Source: an uncultured Rikenellaceae bacterium (GTDB lineage Bacteria > Bacteroidota > Bacteroidia > Bacteroidales > Tenuifilaceae). Taken from it: a DNA stretch of 39,072 bases. The notes beneath the pieces were generated by a model. The model ran no database searches and had not been told where the DNA came from. It was given only the letters and a program-made list of their open reading frames with translations. Shown here piece after piece: positions 37,484-39,072 of the stretch. The stretch lies in assembly GCA_964617235.1 (NCBI GenBank), contig CAZTVY010000001.1:1-39072 (forward strand), given 5' to 3'. The position numbers and the translations under genes are program-made. Every line of letters begins with the position of its first letter. Position 1 is the first letter of the stretch.

Positions 37484-38728
37484 ATGATTAATCGCTCAGA
37501 AATTGAGGTAATGGCGCCAGCAGGCAACTTTGAGTCGCTTATGGCTGCCATTCAGGGAGGTGCAAATTCGGTGTATTTTGGTATTGGTCACCTCAATATG
37601 AGGGCAAAGTCAACGGTTAACTTTACGGCCGACGACCTAGCTGAAATTGTAAATATATGCTTGCAGCACAACGTAAAAACATACTTAACAGTAAACACCG
37701 TTCTATACGACCACGATCTTGAGCCAATGCACAACATTATTGATGCTGCTGCAAAGGCAGGTGTCACCGCTATTATTGCTTCGGACCAAGCGGCAATGCT
37801 ATATGCACGCGAAAAAGGCGTTGAGGTTCACCTTTCAACCCAGTTGAATATAAGCAATACTCAGGCATTGCAGTTCTATTCGCAATGGGCCGATGTGGTT
37901 GTACTTGCGCGCGAACTCTCTATGGATCAAGTCAAGGTTATTGCTCAAAATATTGATAAGTACGATATCAAAGGGCCATCGGGTAAGCGAATCAAAATTG
38001 AGATGTTTGCTCACGGTGCGCTTTGTATGGCTATATCGGGCAAGTGCTACCTTAGTCTTCACGAGGCAAATGCCTCTGCAAACAGGGGTGCTTGCATTCA
38101 GATTTGTCGACGCTCATACACAGTTACCGATAACGAAACAGGTGCTCAACTTGAGGTTGATAATGAGTACATAATGTCGCCAAAGGATTTGTGTACAATC
38201 AACTTTTTGGATAAACTCATTGGCGCTGGCGTTCGTGTACTCAAAATAGAGGGTCGTGCGCGTTCTGCAGAGTATGTTAAAACGGTTGTAAAATGCTATG
38301 ACGAGGCAGTAAATTCAATTGTTGATGGAACCTATAATCAACAAAAGATTGATGGTTGGATGGAGCGCCTATCCTCAGTATTCAACCGTGGTTTTTGGGA
38401 TGGCTATTATTTGGGTCGCAAACTTGGCGAGTGGAGTAATGTTTACGGCAGCAAGGCTACCGAGAAAAAGCAGTACGTTGGAAAAATCACCAATTACTTC
38501 TCAAACTTGGGTGTTGCCGAGGTTTTGATTGAGGCATCGGAACTTTACCTCAACGATAAAATCCTAATCCTTGGCCCTACAACTGGAGTTGTTGAGGATA
38601 CTGTTCGGGAAATTCAGGTTGATGAAAAACCAGCAGATTACTCCCCTAAAGGAATTAAATGTTCCATTCCTGTTAAGGAAAAGGTTCGTAGAAACGATAA
38701 ACTTTATAGAATAATTAAGGCAGAATAG
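37484..38728 (+). CDS. Peptidase U32 family protein (Fe-S RNA hydroxylation protein, TrhP-like)
   Basis: EVMAPAG, HLSTQ, VVLARE, HGALCMAISGKCYLS...NRGACIQICR and LKIEGR; short C-terminal beta domain. Confidence 0.88.
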   Translation: MINRSEIEVMAPAGNFESLMAAIQGGANSVYFGIGHLNMRAKSTVNFTADDLAEIVNICLQHNVKTYLTVNTVLYDHDLEPMHNIIDAAAKAGVTAIIASDQAAMLYAREKGVEVHLSTQLNISNTQALQFYSQWADVVVLARELSMDQVKVIAQNIDKYDIKGPSGKRIKIEMFAHGALCMAISGKCYLSLHEANASANRGACIQICRRSYTVTDNETGAQLEVDNEYIMSPKDLCTINFLDKLIGAGVRVLKIEGRARSAEYVKTVVKCYDEAVNSIVDGTYNQQKIDGWMERLSSVFNRGFWDGYYLGRKLGEWSNVYGSKATEKKQYVGKITNYFSNLGVAEVLIEASELYLNDKILILGPTTGVVEDTVREIQVDEKPADYSPKGIKCSIPVKEKVRRNDKLYRIIKAE

Positions 38729-38781
38729 ATAGGAAGTTAAAGGTGCAGAAAAGAGTTTCTGCCCATAAACATCTTCTCAAA

Positions 38782-38809
38782 CAACGAACAACGATAAACG
38801 AACAACTAA
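38782..38809 (+). repeat. Four degenerate heptamer repeats
   Basis: CAACGAA CAACGAT AAACGAA CAACTAA immediately upstream of TATATTTG (38816-38823). Confidence 0.5.
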
Positions 38810-38845
38810 AAAGCATATATTTGCATAACTAAAATCATAAACGAT

Positions 38846-39072
38846 ATGACTTTCAGCGAACTTTGCAATAAGATTTTTTGGGACTGCACAACCCATTACC
38901 ACACAATGGACAATGTAGATGCCACCCCAACAATTCCTTACAAACAAGGAACAATTGAGTTTTCACTTTTCACCAAAAACTGGATTGATGCTGTTCAGTG
39001 GCATTTGGAGGATATTATCCGCGATCCAAATATTAACCCTGTTGATGCACTTGCGCTAAAACGCAGAATTGA
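38846..39072 (+). CDS. DUF4254 family protein, 3'-truncated by window edge (absent from ORF track)
   Basis: Manual translation MTFSELCNKIFWDC...KNWIDAVQWHLEDIIRDPNINPVDALALKRRI; -7 element TATATTTG upstream. Confidence 0.8.
   Translation, partial: MTFSELCNKIFWDCTTHYHTMDNVDATPTIPYKQGTIEFSLFTKNWIDAVQWHLEDIIRDPNINPVDALALKRRI

Noticed and set aside
38745-38762. GCAGAAA-AGAG-TTTCTGC hairpin as U32 terminator
   Set aside because: Only 7 bp with no U-tract; too weak to call.

Overview
AT-rich chromosomal window from a Bacteroidota (Bacteroidales-like) bacterium. The taxonomy is inferred from TAnnTTTG -7 promoters, T9SS C-terminal domains, a UpxY gene, a stand-alone atpD-atpC pair and a split lysO. 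It holds about 33 CDSs, mostly housekeeping or envelope functions: kbl, atpD/atpC, SUI1, 5-formyl-THF cyclo-ligase, a U32 protein, DUF2723, GH92, an ALDH/SDR/TetR operon and two T9SS-secreted nucleases. The most unusual part is about 13-20 kb. It contains a transglutaminase-like lipoprotein, a frameshifted two-domain aspartyl protease coupled to a secreted 4x CBM48 protein, a RelE/ParE toxin-antitoxin pair and an orphan UpxY. It also contains two perfect REP-like palindromes and a TetR regulator fused to a domain with an ADP-ribosyltransferase-like H-x-T...I-x-x-x-G-F motif, preceded by a double palindromic operator. Also notable are an output-less Cache-HAMP-GAF-PAS receptor divergent from a cNMP-binding histidine kinase, and two paralogous surface lipoproteins about 20 kb apart. 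I saw no rRNA, tRNA, CRISPR array, integrase or transposase. All family calls come from motif recognition by eye, not from database searches.
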